Translations under genes and position numbers: made by a program
Shown: positions 37,527 through 49,700 of the stretch, in pieces
Position numbering within the stretch: position 1 is the first letter of the stretch
Layout of the letters: each line of letters begins with the position of its first letter
Assembly (NCBI RefSeq): GCF_006345805.1
Contig: NC_042997.1
Location: 107,322,001 to 107,386,000 of the forward strand
Origin: Octopus sinensis
Taxonomy: Eukaryota
DNA length: 64,000 bases
Direction of reading: 5' to 3'
The notes under the pieces: model-generated
What the model saw: only the letters and a program-made list of their open reading frames with translations
Database searches by the model: none
Told to the model about the DNA's origin: nothing

Positions 37527-37887
37527 ATTCGAGCTTTGGTGTTGGAGAAGACTTTTACGGACTCCATAGACAGCGAGGCTCACCGATGGAGAAGTTCTTA
37601 AGCAGATCAGGCCGAAAATGTCGCCAGAAGCTAGGATCACCAAGCATAGATTGGCATATTTCGGTCATGTTATGCGGAGAAAATCCCTGGAGAAGGACAT
37701 CATGCTCGGAATGGTCAGTGGCAAGGGAGGAAGAGGCTGACCAAGAACCCGCTGGCTTGACACCATCAAGAGGGATACCGGAAAGGACATGGCCAATCTG
37801 AAAGAAGTGGCCCAGGATAGAACTGACTGGAGGACACTGATCCAACGAGTAACCGAGAGTCAACTTCGACTGAGTGGATAGATAGAT
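37527..37887 (+). mobile_element. RTE (BovB-like) LINE 3' fragment
   Basis: FELWCWRRLLR...LAYFGHVMRRKSLEKDIMLG...RWLDTIK...VTESQLRL, (GATA)n tail. Confidence 0.85.
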
Positions 37888-38527
37888 TTCGGGACGGTCA
37901 TTTTTTATTTATTTTGCCAAATAAACATGTTTGTTCCTTCTCGAGCCACGCCTGGCTCATAGGGCCGGTTTCCTTGGTGTATAGGTTCCTCACCTGGACG
38001 GGACGCCGGTCCGTCGCAGGTGAGCTGCAAGATGCAGGAGGAAAGAGCGAGAGAAAGTTGTAGCGAAAGAGTCAGCAGAAATTCGCCATTTCCTCCCGAT
38101 CATGCTGCCATCTTGCTCATAAGCACGCACATCGCCCGGTCTGAGATTCGAACCCGCGATCCCTCGACCGCGAGTCCGCTGCTCTAACCACTAAGCCATG
38201 TGCCTCCACTGCCAAATAAAAACTATATATTCGTTCTTCACTTTTATTACTGTTCTTATTCTAATTCGTGTCCCTTGTCCGGAAATCTTTCGTCACACAT
38301 CTGTGACCTCCTCAGCGACATTTTCTGTTTTCGTATGTGCTCTTCGTACGAAGAACAGAATGGAATAAGTAGACGGAAAGTGTCGCTGAGGGTGTTACAG
38401 GTGTGTGACGAAAGATTTCCGGACACGGGACATGAGTTAATATAGGAACAGTAATTAACGAGTGAAGAACGAATATATAGTGCATGTGTGTATTTGGCGG
38501 AAAAAGAAAATGACCGTCCCGAAATAG
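37885..38527. mobile_element. Palindromic MITE interrupted by a SINE
   Basis: TIR ATTTCGGGACGGTCATTTT; internal arms 38224-38320 and 38377-38480 are imperfect reverse complements. Confidence 0.8.
37926..38209 (-). mobile_element. tRNA-derived SINE with 11-bp TSD
   Basis: Minus-strand head TGGCTTAGTGGTTAGAGC...GGTTCGAATC; TSD TGCCAAATAAA at 37915 and 38210. Confidence 0.85.
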
Positions 38528-39631
38528 AAGTCCTAATAAGTAGGAGGGCAGGCAAACCACAAATCCCTTCAGGTAAATGGCCCTGCTCGATCTGTAGAAA
38601 GGGCGTAGGTAGAAACTCTATAAGATGTACCCAGTGTAAGCTATGGACACATAAGAGGTGCAGCAATATCAAAGGAAGGCTAACTAGGAAGATAGTTTTT
38701 GTAAGTAGCAGATGCTCAAGAGCAATAAACACTGAAACTGTGCAGAGAACAACTTCCGCCACATTCCAGGGAATGAAGCCAGCATGATTCAGTGGATGTG
38801 TAATGCCAGTGTGCATACTCGACAGAGTGGAAGTACCTTGAGAGAAAAGTTGGGCCTAAGAAGCATCAAATGTGGTGAGCAAGAGAGATGACTGCGCTGG
38901 TATGGTCGTGTGGCAAGAATGGATGAGGATAGCTGTGTGAAAAAGTACCACACCCTAGCGATTGAGGGAACCTGTGGAAGAGGTAGACCCAGGAAGACCT
39001 GGGATGAAGTGGTGAAGTACGACCTTCGAACTTTAGGCCTCACCAAGGAAATGACTAGTGACCGAGACTTTTGGAAATATGCTGTGCTTGAGAAGACCCG
39101 GCAAGCCAAATGAGACCATAACCTCGTGGCCTATGCCAGAAGCGTAACCAGCCCACTTATGCGTACCTTTTCCTTCTTTGGACACTAAACTCTGCTTGCG
39201 AAGACCTATTGAGGCAAGTGAAATCAAAATCAAACTGAATGACTGGCATCCGTGCTAGCGAGGTGCAAAGAGCACCATACAAGTGTGATCGTTGACAGAG
39301 CGGCTAACCAGCTTCCGTGTCAGTGGCACATATGGGTACCATTCGAGCATGATCGTTACCAGCATCGCCTTACTGGCACCTGTGCTGGTGGCATATGTAA
39401 AAAGATTCAAGCAAGGTCGCTGCCAGTACCGCCTGACTGGCCCCCGTGCTGGTGGTACGTAAAAAGCACCCACTACACTCTTGGAGTGGTTGGCTTTAGG
39501 AAGGGAATCCAGCTGTAGAAACTCTGCCAGATCAAGATTGGAGCCTGGTGGAGCCATCTGGTTCGCCAACCCTCAGTCAAAATCGTCCAACCCATGCTAG
39601 CATGGAAAGCGGACGTTAAACGATGATGATG

Positions 39632-39632
<1 letters not shown>
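38528..39632 (+). mobile_element. RTE LINE 3' portion (Cys-rich insert, C-terminus, 3' UTR, (GAT)n)
   Basis: WPCSICRKGVGRNSIRCTQCKLWTHKRC; GRGRPRKTWDEVV; followed by (TA)n at 39639-39695. Confidence 0.9.
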
Positions 39633-39700
<68 letters not shown>

Positions 39701-39879
39701 TCCATACATATCCCTACATATATTTTTTATGTATATAGAGAGACATCTGCATATAACTGTGTGAATATATAAAAATATGGGTATAAAAGAGTACATGATC
39801 ATATGTAGCTTTGATTACCCTGTTTAGTTGGTGTTTCCATGTGCATTGTTGGGATAGTAATTCTATCAGCTTTAATATT

Positions 39880-40215
39880 ATTTTTGGTGTGTATTTATGG
39901 ATAAAATATTCTTCTTTGGCTTTGTGAAAATGTTTGCTTTCTGTTCATATTATAAAAGAAAGGGAATATTAAAAATTTTTTTTTGCCTCATTTTTCAAAA
40001 TGTTCACAAGTTGTGTCTCTAACACAGGGATCATGGATTTGTTATTTATGCACCCTTATTCTTTCATATAATCCAATACTTGTTTCCCCAATGTAGTATT
40101 CTTTGCATTTGGGCCATGAGGCACAGTAAATCAAGATTCCGGATTTGCAATTCATATTTGCATTGGTTTTTAAAATGTTTTTCTTTTTCGCATGTTCCAC
40201 AATGAGGGTCTTTTT
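39880..40215 (-). pseudogene. Penelope-like element GIY-YIG endonuclease remnant
   Basis: NCKSGILIYCASWPKCKEYYIGETSIGLYERIRVHK, continuing after a stop to EHF...FLIFPFY. Confidence 0.8.
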
Positions 40216-40812
40216 GTCACTTGTTGTAAATCTTGTTTTTCCATTTGGCAGGCCTGGTTGCTGGCACATAGGCAGAGATGATTGTTGTTGTTCCACTCTG
40301 CAAAACTAGTCTAAGCTTAAGTACCCTATCAGATACACTGCCTACTTCAGTCACCTTACTGACCCATTTCTCTGCTAGAAGTATACCCACAACTCCTACC
40401 CCATCGTTATTGCCCTCCCAGAAAAATTTACACCTATGCTTTTTGCCTAGGAGGAACCTGGATGAAGCATACATATATACAGGCACACACATATATGCAT
40501 ACACATACATATATATGTATGTATGTGTATCAATGTAATAAAGGAAAAAAGGATTAAAATCCGGGTGCATACTTTTTAAGCATTCCATAGGGCCAACCTT
40601 GGCTAACTAGATAAGTTGTCCAGTGAATGTCATTGTAATCCCTGTCAGTTGCAAAAATATACAATTGTCTGTCCAATTTGTAAAGCCAAAGTTCAAACAC
40701 TAAATAAATTTCATATAAGGCCAAAGATTGGAAAAGGAAAACAGAAAGAATGGAGAATTATACATTCTTTAATTTGCTTCCATACATTTTGGATAGTATA
40801 GTCATTTTTCAT

Positions 40813-41075
40813 TCAAACAATATGCCCTACCCCCCATCTACACTGAATTCTCATCAGCATGCTTTGGATACTGGAGATATCACATTTTTCTAAGATTTTG
40901 GCGTTGGATATTTTATCTTGCCATTTTATGGTGCATATGTTGTGCGAACAGCACATGGGGAAAGTTTCAAGTTTCTTTATGTGTCTGTAGTAGGAAGTCC
41001 ATGTTTCTGCCCCATTCAAATGTGTGCTCAAAATACAAGATTTGTATACACTTAGTAAGTAGTAAGGCAAACACA
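40813..41075 (-). mobile_element. RTE (BovB-like) RT C-terminal fragment
   Basis: VYKSCILST.L.GAETWT...IKWQDKISN..IL...RWGVGHIV. Confidence 0.8.
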
Positions 41076-41339
41076 TCACAAACCCCTTCAGGTAGATGGC
41101 CTTGCTTGATCTGAAGAAAAGGTGTTGGTAGAAACTCCATAAGATGTACCCATTATAAGCTATGGATGCATAAGAGGTGCTGCAACATCAAAGGAAGGTT
41201 AACTGGGAAGATAGCTTTTGTGTGCAACAGATGCACAGGGGGCAATAAATACCGCAGATGCTCAGAAAACTGTTTCAAAGTAGACTAAACTTTTCATATG
41301 CTACCAAACAGATAACAACACCCTACATGAGTGAAGACC

Positions 41340-41996
41340 TTCTTTAGCCTGGGGTGCCAGTGTTTCTCCTTTTCCTACCCACTGTCTTTTGCACTTGACA
41401 TTTTCCTATAGAACTCATTTCTCATCACTAGTCTCTATTCGACCTGAAAAAGGTTCATTTGTGAGATGTGACAGCAAAGAAGAGCTCACATTCAGTCTCT
41501 GCACACGATTAGACTTGGAAAGTTTGTGAGGAAACCATTGATCCAATTTGTTGACTTTTCCAATGGCACTCAGATATCAATGAATCGTTGACTGACCAAA
41601 TCCAAGCTTCTCTGCGAGTTCCTCAACAATTAAAATGGGATTTTGTTCCACCAGGGTTTGCAGGATGTCCTTTCAGGACAAGGCTCATCTTCTAGGCTTT
41701 AGTTTTCAGCTCAGAATTTCTGGAACCACCATTGACATTGGCTTATGCTTATTGTCCAATATTCCTTGTATTTTCTGGCAAAATATGCTCCTTTGTCACT
41801 TCCATTATAGCTTTGAAAAAAAAAAAAAACTGTTAAAAATCGAACTGGACTCTTTAAAACTTGCACTAAGAATAAGGGCAAGGTAAAATTACTACCTGCT
41901 TTTAAAGCAAATTGATGCAGGTAGTTTATTCCATCCCCGCCAACTTTTAGTTCATGTAAATGAAAAAACCGCAATATTTATGGGATGACCCAATAC
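41340..41996 (-). mobile_element. Mariner 5' half (TIR plus decayed transposase)
   Basis: TA-TTGGGTCATCCCATAAATATTGCGG terminus; remnants CQWWFQKF, VEELAEKLGFG.STIH, LDQWFPHKL. Confidence 0.75.
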
Positions 41997-42533
41997 TTGG
42001 CTTCCCTACTTAAATTAGATATTTTAGGAGCATTGCTATCTCAGAAGGTAAGGAGTGGGGATTTTAAAAAAGAATAAAATGTTGGAAAATCATATTTCTT
42101 ATGATTGTATCTACATTTTTCTATATGTTGGACTATATTGTCCTTAATTTTATATAACAATAGAGGTGGATGGTCTGAGAGAAATTTAGCTGTTGTTCTA
42201 ACATGTTAAGCAACCACACTGAGGCCTCCTTCATCTCATCTGCTGATTGCTGGTTAGCATAAATCCATGCACGTACAAAATGAACAGTGGAATATAAAAT
42301 CCTCTGGAAGGTTTGTGTTGAGCAGGTGTGGGTAGTACAAAACCAGGAGGGAAAGGTGGAATATTAAATAAATTTGAAATTAAAAAATTTAACCTCCATA
42401 TTTTTAAACACGGAATTTATTTATCTATTGACAAAATCGTAATGTCTGTTGTTGAAAGGAATCCCCGAAAATGTTTTTGAAAAAAAAAAAAATCTTGTGT
42501 GATGCAACTGTGACACACCCACTGAAATTATAA

Positions 42534-43314
42534 TCTTCTTCTCTATATATAAAAGGCAGTTTGTCTGTCTGTGTGTCTGTCAGGTTGTACCCTTACCCTG
42601 ACCACGGCTTTCAACCGATTCTGATGAAACTTGACACACACATAGCCCAATGTCATAATTCAAAACTAACGCAGAGAAAATTTTGAAAAGTTCCTCCAGT
42701 TCTGAAAAAAATAGATAAATTCGACATGGGGTCGAGAATCTAAGCTTATCATATGCAACACATTTTCCGTTGTAGTTTTCGCAACTTGTAATCGATTTTC
42801 ACCAAACTCATGGTGAAGCTTAATGTTACCCTAAGGAACTTAATTCTGACGTTAGTTTTCCATGCAATACCTTACCATCAGAAAAAATCGATAAAATCAG
42901 TCCATTTTGGGAAATCGCATTCAAATTCAAGATGACATATTTTCGACAATATCTTTAACAAATTGGCAGGAATTTTTTTTGAAATTCACAGCGAGCATCA
43001 TGTCTGCTCCAAGGAGCTATATGGCCCTTTTGATTCCAATAGGATACGTTATTACTGGAAAAAATCGGTTAATTACATCATATGTGGCACACATAGCAAA
43101 CCGATTTTTCTGCGATATTTTTTGAAAGTTCACATAGATGTTCCCTACTTCTTCATGCATGCAAGGGAACGGTGCCTTGAATGCCTTAATGCCTTTTAGG
43201 CTTCATTTTACAAAATAACAATTCAATGAGTACAAAAAAGGGTAAAAAGGTAAAGGGCATTGCTTATCGACAAAGTTTCTTACATACCCGGGCAACGCCG
43301 GGCTATGCTGCTAG
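42534..43314 (+). mobile_element. Non-autonomous Helitron
   Basis: Inserted between A and T; 5' TC..TCTATATATAAAA plus (GTCT)n; 3' hairpin CCCGGGCAACGCCGGG 8 nt before terminal CTAG. Confidence 0.88.
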
Positions 43315-44717
43315 TTACTGATATTAATTTTCTCTTATTTATTTATGAGATCATTTAGCTACTGATAAAAATTACACCTTGACCTACAGCTCCTCAAAAG
43401 TAGCCCTGCTGTTAAAATGAACCTTTGAACTTTAGCCTAAAACTCTTTACATGAAAAATCCACTTTGATATATAGGTCCTATATTATAGGGTAATGATCA
43501 AAGGTGTTCCAGGTATGACCTCACTGTCTGCTTTTTCAGTACAGTATATCTAAAACTGCAATATCTAACAGGTTCTCTCTTTTTGTAGAATGGTAGTATG
43601 ATATGAAAGACATTTGGCACCTATTTCTAGTAGTCAACTGAATGAGGCCAACCCTCGTTAGCCTAATACGATGTGCTGGTGTGGTATAGTCTAGTCTTGT
43701 GTGGTTGAATGCAGAGTATAGTATGGTCTGTTGTGGTATGATGTAGTGTGGTATGGTATAATAAGGCCTGGCGTTGTTTATAGTGTAACCTTCTGTGGTT
43801 TAAGGCCTTAGAAAATCCATGTTCTAACGCTTGAGCAACTTAAAAACGTGTAATTCACAATTCTCTTATATTCAAATATGGTTAATTCAACAAGGAAAAC
43901 CATATTTTTCTATTTTTTGTTTTGTAAACATTTAACTTTGAAGTTAAAGTTTATTAGACACTTCTTGAGGATTACTCTGGTAATTTGTTATTTGAACAGT
44001 GTATATCACGAAATTAAAGCGGTTTAAAAAACCCTTAGAGGCGGTATGCTGTATTCAAAGATTGAACCTGTAATCTGCATTCAAGAGTTGTCTCTCTTGA
44101 CTACATTTATTGTTAGGCCTCTCTCTGTACATCATCGTCATTTGATGTCTGTTTTCCATGCTGGCATGGGTAGAACGGATTGACAGGAGCTTAAGCTCCA
44201 ATTGTCTGTTTTGGCATAGTTTCTACGGCTGGATGCTCTTCCTAACACCAAATGTGTTGGGTGCTTTTACGTGACATGGGTACGATTGCTTTTTACATTG
44301 TGCTGGTACGGCAGGAGCGCTTTTGTTAATTTTTTTGAACCATCATTGTCAAATTATAAGAAATCAGTTTTACGTAGTTCCCCTCATCACATAAAGAGGC
44401 CAGGTTGAAAAAATGGGTGAATAACGTTATCTACTAATACTGAAAGATAGCCATAAAATTCTTGGCAACACAAAATATTTTTCAATATAAAATATTAGTT
44501 TATATCATAAAAATGTTCTCAGCAAATTCATCTTTGGGCTAAAATATTGACTTTATAACTTATTATTTTTAGCCTAAAGATATTTTGTTGTATATTCAAA
44601 TGTAAATATTAAAACTTATCCATCGAGGACTATGGAAAGATAAACGTTTACATGTGGTGCACCCGAGCACTGTATACAATCATTATTATTATTATCATCA
44701 TCATAATTAGTCATTTT

Positions 44718-45947
44718 TTTTTTACTACCCACAAGGGAACAAACAAGGGTGATCTTTCGTTTGTAGTAGCACGTTTCCGTCGATGATTTCCGTAAAAAAC
44801 TTTAATTTTTACATATGGCCTTGCGGGAACATTTGAAGTAATGAGAGCGAAAGAGACTAAGAGGAAGCGATTTTATGACGAGGGAATTTCTTTTGAAGTT
44901 ATCAAAGCATTGATGTACATGTGTGTGTGTGTGTTTGATGGGGTGTGGGAGACAGACAGTATGTTGTGTAAGTGAAGTGCTTCTGTTAGTGTGTGTGAAG
45001 AGACAGAGAGAGTAATGCGTGAAAGAGAGAGATAACTGAAATTTTTTACTCGGTGTATGTGTATATGTATGTATGCATGTATGTGTATGTGTGTATGTAT
45101 GTATGGCCGATTCAGTGTAAGTTTTTACTCGGTGTATGTGTATATGTATGTCTGAATGTATGTGTGTGTGTATGTATGTATGTATGGCCGATTCAGTGTA
45201 CACTGAATCGACCACACATACACCGAGTAAAAAATTACACTGAATCAGCCATACATACACACACACACACATACATAGATACATACACACACACATACAT
45301 AGATACATACACACACACACATACATGCATACATACATATACACATACACCGAGTAAAAAATTTCAGTTATCTCTCTCTTTCACACATTACTCTCTCTGT
45401 CTCTTCACACACACTAACAGAAGCACTTCACTTACACAACATACTGTCTGTCTCCCACACCCCATCAAACACACACACATGTACATCAATGCTTTGATAA
45501 CTTCAAAAGAAATTCCCTCGTCATAAAATCGCTTCCTCTTAGTCTCTTTCGCTCTCATTACTTCAAATGTTCCCGCAAGGCCATATGTAAAAAAATAAAA
45601 GTTTTTTACGGAAATCGACGGAAACGTGCTACTACAAACGAAAGATCGCCCAAACAAGGTCAGACAAAGGGATTAAGTCAAGTACATCGGTTAAACTAAA
45701 GCGTTAAACCCAGTAAAAAGAAAACAAAAAAAAAATTGTGTAATAGGCGTATAACAACTTCCTCTAAACGAATATGAAAAAAAATGCGCGCACGTGAAAG
45801 GGGAGTAACTAGTACTTAATTTATCGACCCCGAAAGGATGAAAGGTAAAGTCGACCTCGGCGGAATTTGAACTCAGAACGTAACGGCAGACGAAATACAG
45901 CTACGCCTTTCGCCCCGTGCGCTAACGTTTCTGCCAGCTCGCCACCT
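44718..45947 (-). mobile_element. tRNA-derived SINE (15-bp TSD) interrupted by the foldback element and a ~115-bp insert
   Basis: TSD ATAATTAGTCATTTT at 44703 and 45948; minus-strand head GGTGGCGAGCTGGCAGAAACGTTAGC...GAGTTCAAATTCC; central CCTTTCATCCTTTCGGGGTCGATAAA domain. Confidence 0.88.
44748..45650. mobile_element. 903-bp foldback (fully palindromic) element, Merlin-like termini
   Basis: Arms are near-perfect reverse complements meeting at CGATTCAGTGT/ACACTGAATCG; ends GGTGA/GGCGA; 8-bp TSD CAAACAAG. Confidence 0.9.
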
Positions 45948-45979
45948 ATAATTAGTCATTTTAGAGGTAATTAACTGCA

Positions 45980-46030
45980 GAGCCGCAACCGGAAGCGGAA
46001 CTGAAGGAAGTGTTATAAAAGCCACGTGGT
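45980..46030 (+). promoter_or_regulatory. Candidate Pol II promoter
   Basis: ETS-type CCGGAAGCGGAA and AGGAAGT, TATAAAA and E-box CACGTG clustered at the start of a TE-free, CpG-retaining kilobase; donor-like GTAAGT at 46230. Confidence 0.4.
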
Positions 46031-46782
46031 GTTTGTCCCTTTGTTTATTTGGAAGTTTGGGGTTTATTTATTTCTGTCTTGGCTTTTATTATCTTCGTTA
46101 AGTTTCTCACCGAAAAGGAAGTATTTAAATGAGTGCAGCAAAACACATTCCACTCTAAACAATCTGTGTTATTCTCTGTCATCGCAGAACGTCACTAATC
46201 ACATCGGATTCCATTGTTTTACATGTCTTGTAAGTTTATTTACCTCAGATAATTTTATGTAAAAAAAATGAACAGACACAAAAGACTGTTATAAAATATA
46301 TATTTTGTTTATATTTATTTAATGTAATGTTCTCCTTGTGTGTTAATGAATCTGATTACAATCTCATCCTTTTATTTTTAGCTTAACCAAAAATGACGAT
46401 AATAAATGTTAAACATTCAATGAAAGCCGTTGACTGTTTATACATGTGGCTACTACTTAACAAGAGTGGTCCCGGTGCGCGCATGTTTGTATTTCTAGGC
46501 TGAATACATATTAAAGAAAATTAAATAATATTTTTCGAACAAAGTAAATAAAACGCAAACTAAATAATTTTTAAACTAAGTAAATAAATTTTTGGCGATG
46601 CTTCGGTATATGTACACACGTGACTTTGTTTACATTTCTGAAGATAACAGAAAGTTTTACATAATCTGAAATGTCATTAGTTGAACTATTTGTCCTCTTG
46701 TATTCCTGGTTGTATCGGAGCTTTTCAGTGACATTAGACCTCCCCCTCAACATACGCCCTTAAATTAAATACATCCATCTGT

Positions 46783-46848
46783 GCCTGACGGCCACGGTCG
46801 TGGCCTGTCGCGCCTTATGTGTTAAGGCATTCCCGAAAGAATTCAGGC
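46783..46848. ncRNA. Candidate structured RNA element (four-way junction), family unknown
   Basis: Closing stem GCCTGA/TCAGGC encloses GGCCAC/GTGGCC, GCCTTA/TAAGGC and ATTC/GAAT hairpins. Confidence 0.35.
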
Positions 46849-47146
46849 TGTTGGTTCCTGTAAACATTAAATGACAACAAATGAAATAACCAAGAAAACG
46901 TTCATTTTGTCTTGAATCCCGTTTATTGAACTTAAAATGTTAAACAGAATTTATAAAAATATCCTGCGACGACATTCAGCCGGCTTAAAAGCAGTGATAC
47001 ATCAGAGGATGACTGCAATTTGGTGTCCCACCTTACTTTGTTTCCGCATAACTTTCTAAAAATTTTACACTTTCTTTATGAAAAATTTGCTGAGAGATGT
47101 TGATAAAATTATTGTCATGAGATAAATAATTTACGAAGTATTACGC

Positions 47147-47432
47147 TCAGGAGTAGCTGTGTGGTAAGTAGCTTGCTCATCAACCCCATGGTTCCAGGTT
47201 CAGTCCCACTGTGTGACACCTTGGGCAAGTTTCTTCTACTATAAACTCGAGCCGACCAAAGCCTTGTGAATGGATTTGGTAGACGGAAACTGAAAGAAGC
47301 CCGTTGTATATATAATTTTTTTTTTTTGCATATTTGTAATCTCAGACATCTATCTATAACGTAGGAATCCGAAAAAAATTTTTACAGATGTATTTTTCAA
47401 GGAGAGGTGCGTAACTGCATTAGCCCTTTAGT

Positions 47433-47488
<56 letters not shown>

Positions 47489-47720
47489 ATGAGCTTTAGC
47501 CCTATATATATATGTGTGTGTGTCTGTCTGTTTGTCCCCCCCCCATCATCGCTTGACAACCGATGTTTGTGTATTTACATTCCCATGACTTAGCGGTTCG
47601 GCAAAATAGACCAATAGAATAAGTTACTAGGCTTACAAATAAGTTCTGGGGTTGACGTGTTTGACTAAAGGCGGTACTCCAGCATGGCTGCAGTCAAATG
47701 ACTGAAACAAATAAAAGAAT
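47147..47720 (+). mobile_element. tRNA-head CORE-type SINE with internal insertion and (TA)n
   Basis: Same family as 26088; CCTTGGGCAAGT core, conserved tail. Confidence 0.85.
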
Positions 47721-47759
47721 AATAAATAGTTATAACTAATATATTGAACCTAATGCAGT

Positions 47760-49700
47760 TCATAAACTTGTTCTCGTCTTAGAGTACCCTTCACCCTACA
47801 TTTGTCCCCTGTTCTTTGGAGCTGAACTGTTTGGCCTCACTAAGCCCAATCATGACCTCCGCCTCATAGCAGTTGGTTGTACTCTGCGACGGCCCACAGC
47901 AAAAGTGTGTCTGTCCTCAGTTTCTAACTGCCTGTCCGCTGAATTTTCCCCTATTCAACTAAGCTAGGTTGTGAGGCTGCTGCTCATGATACTAGGGCCT
48001 TCACCAACTTACCCTTTGAGTCCCCAAAGGTCATTCTCAAACTAGACCTTAGGAATACCTTCAATTCCATCAGTCGGGACGTCACCCTAGAGTGCAGTAA
48101 GGGAGAACGCCCTACAGTTTTATCACTTGACCCTCCTACCTCTCCTTAAGTGATCACCTCATCGCATCTGCCTCTGGGGTCCAACTGGGTGACTCACTTG
48201 AACCTGCCCTATTTGCACTGGGTATTGATGATGTTACCAAGATGGGAGCTAACCTAGACTTAAATGTCTGGTATCTTGATGATGCTTGTTGGTGGTGGTG
48301 GTGGTGGGGGGGTCCTGAGCAGGCCCTCACAACTGTCAGGACAATGATCAAGGAACTAGATTGTAGGGACCTTAGCATCAAGAGTTCCAAATGTGAGCTC
48401 TAGCTCCTCAATCATCCAGCTTCACAAGAGCAGACTGTAAATCTGTTTACAGATTCCTTCCTCTCTATTGCCGTTGAAGCCCCAGTTGCCAACTGATCCA
48501 AAATGGCTAACCTTGAACAACTTTTAAAAAATCTTGAGGTAATCAAGACCCACCAAGTTTTTTTTTATACTTAAGAATTACTTGTTGATCCATAAGTTAT
48601 TGTATTTTCTCAGAGTTAGTCCCTCTTATTGATTCTTGTCATCTCTCCAATGCTTTCATGACCTAATCTTCAGGAAACTTGAATGCTTGGTCACCATCAG
48701 ACTCTCCCCAGAGTCCCACGACCAAGGTGCTTTGCCCAAATGGTTTGGAAGTCTAGGTCTGTGCAACTGCTCCTCTGTCTCTTCCCTGTTTTCTTTCCTT
48801 CATCCATACTTGCTCCCTTTTAATAGACAACATTTTCTCCTCTCCAACAAGGAGAGGGATGAAGCTCAGCTACAGTGGAGAGAGCTGGGTTTGTCAGTTC
48901 CTGCTACAGTTGAGGATTGATGGGACAATCTGCGTTCAGGTGCTACTTTGAACTCCTCGATCTGTCTGATAGATTTTCAAGATGTTGCCTACTTTCTTCT
49001 AGTGCAAAATTCTTGGGGTCTGGATTGATGCCCTGCTTGTGGCCAACTTTGGAGCTCTACTCAGTCTTGATGAGCTCTGTATCTCTATCACACTCAGAGT
49101 GGGAGCTGATGTCTGTAGGGAACGGAGATGTCACTGTGGTAGGTCCCTTAATCCCACAGGTTTTCACAGTCTATCTTGCTGCCTAAATGCTGGTTGCTAA
49201 ACTTTATCATTAAGTGGTCCCTGGCTCAGATTAATATTATCTCAGTTCTGGATCTGGCAGGATTATCCAGAAGTGATGGAAAGAGACCAGATGGTCTTAT
49301 CATCTCTGGGTAAAAGGTAGGTATCTCATCTGAGATGCCATGGTCTGTGACTCTTGCTCCCTCCCACTTCCTGGATACTGCAAGAAGTGAGAGAGTCACT
49401 GCTTCCATAGCTGAATGGAACAAAACCCTGAAGTATTGGGACCTGGCAGTGAACTATCCCTTCCAACTTGTGGAGTTTTAAGATGTTTGGAGGGATTGGG
49501 TCACTAACAGTGAAGTTCTTGTCATCACCAGCAGCTTGCCTTACTGAGGTCTCAGGTGATGTCTGCAAGGGTGCTTGGCTTTTCCGTCTTAGCCTCGCCA
49601 TTGCTCATGGTAATGCCACGTGCATGCTCGCTTGCTTCGGTAGGTTCCATTGAATCTTGTGGTGTGTGACTGATTGAAGCACTTCGTGCTGCTTTGATGT
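47760..49700 (+). mobile_element. Decayed CRE-clade non-LTR retrotransposon (RT plus restriction-like endonuclease)
   Basis: SASGVQLGDSLEPALFALGID, LNVWYLDDA, GLSRSDGKRPDGL, RLSLAIAHGNA. Confidence 0.8.

Noticed and set aside
38120-38209. tRNA gene
   Set aside because: A/B boxes run into a SINE body flanked by an 11-bp TSD; no proper acceptor stem or terminator. The same applies to heads at 26090, 28920, 45900, 47147 and 50470.
44802-45526. Mirror ORFs of 182 and 157 aa
   Set aside because: Translations of (TG)/(CA) microsatellites in the two foldback arms.
46660-46870. 7SK, RNase P, U1/U11 or telomerase RNA
   Set aside because: No 5' GGAUG/GAUC motifs or oligo-U terminator, P4-like pairing too short-range, no Sm site, no telomeric template nearby.
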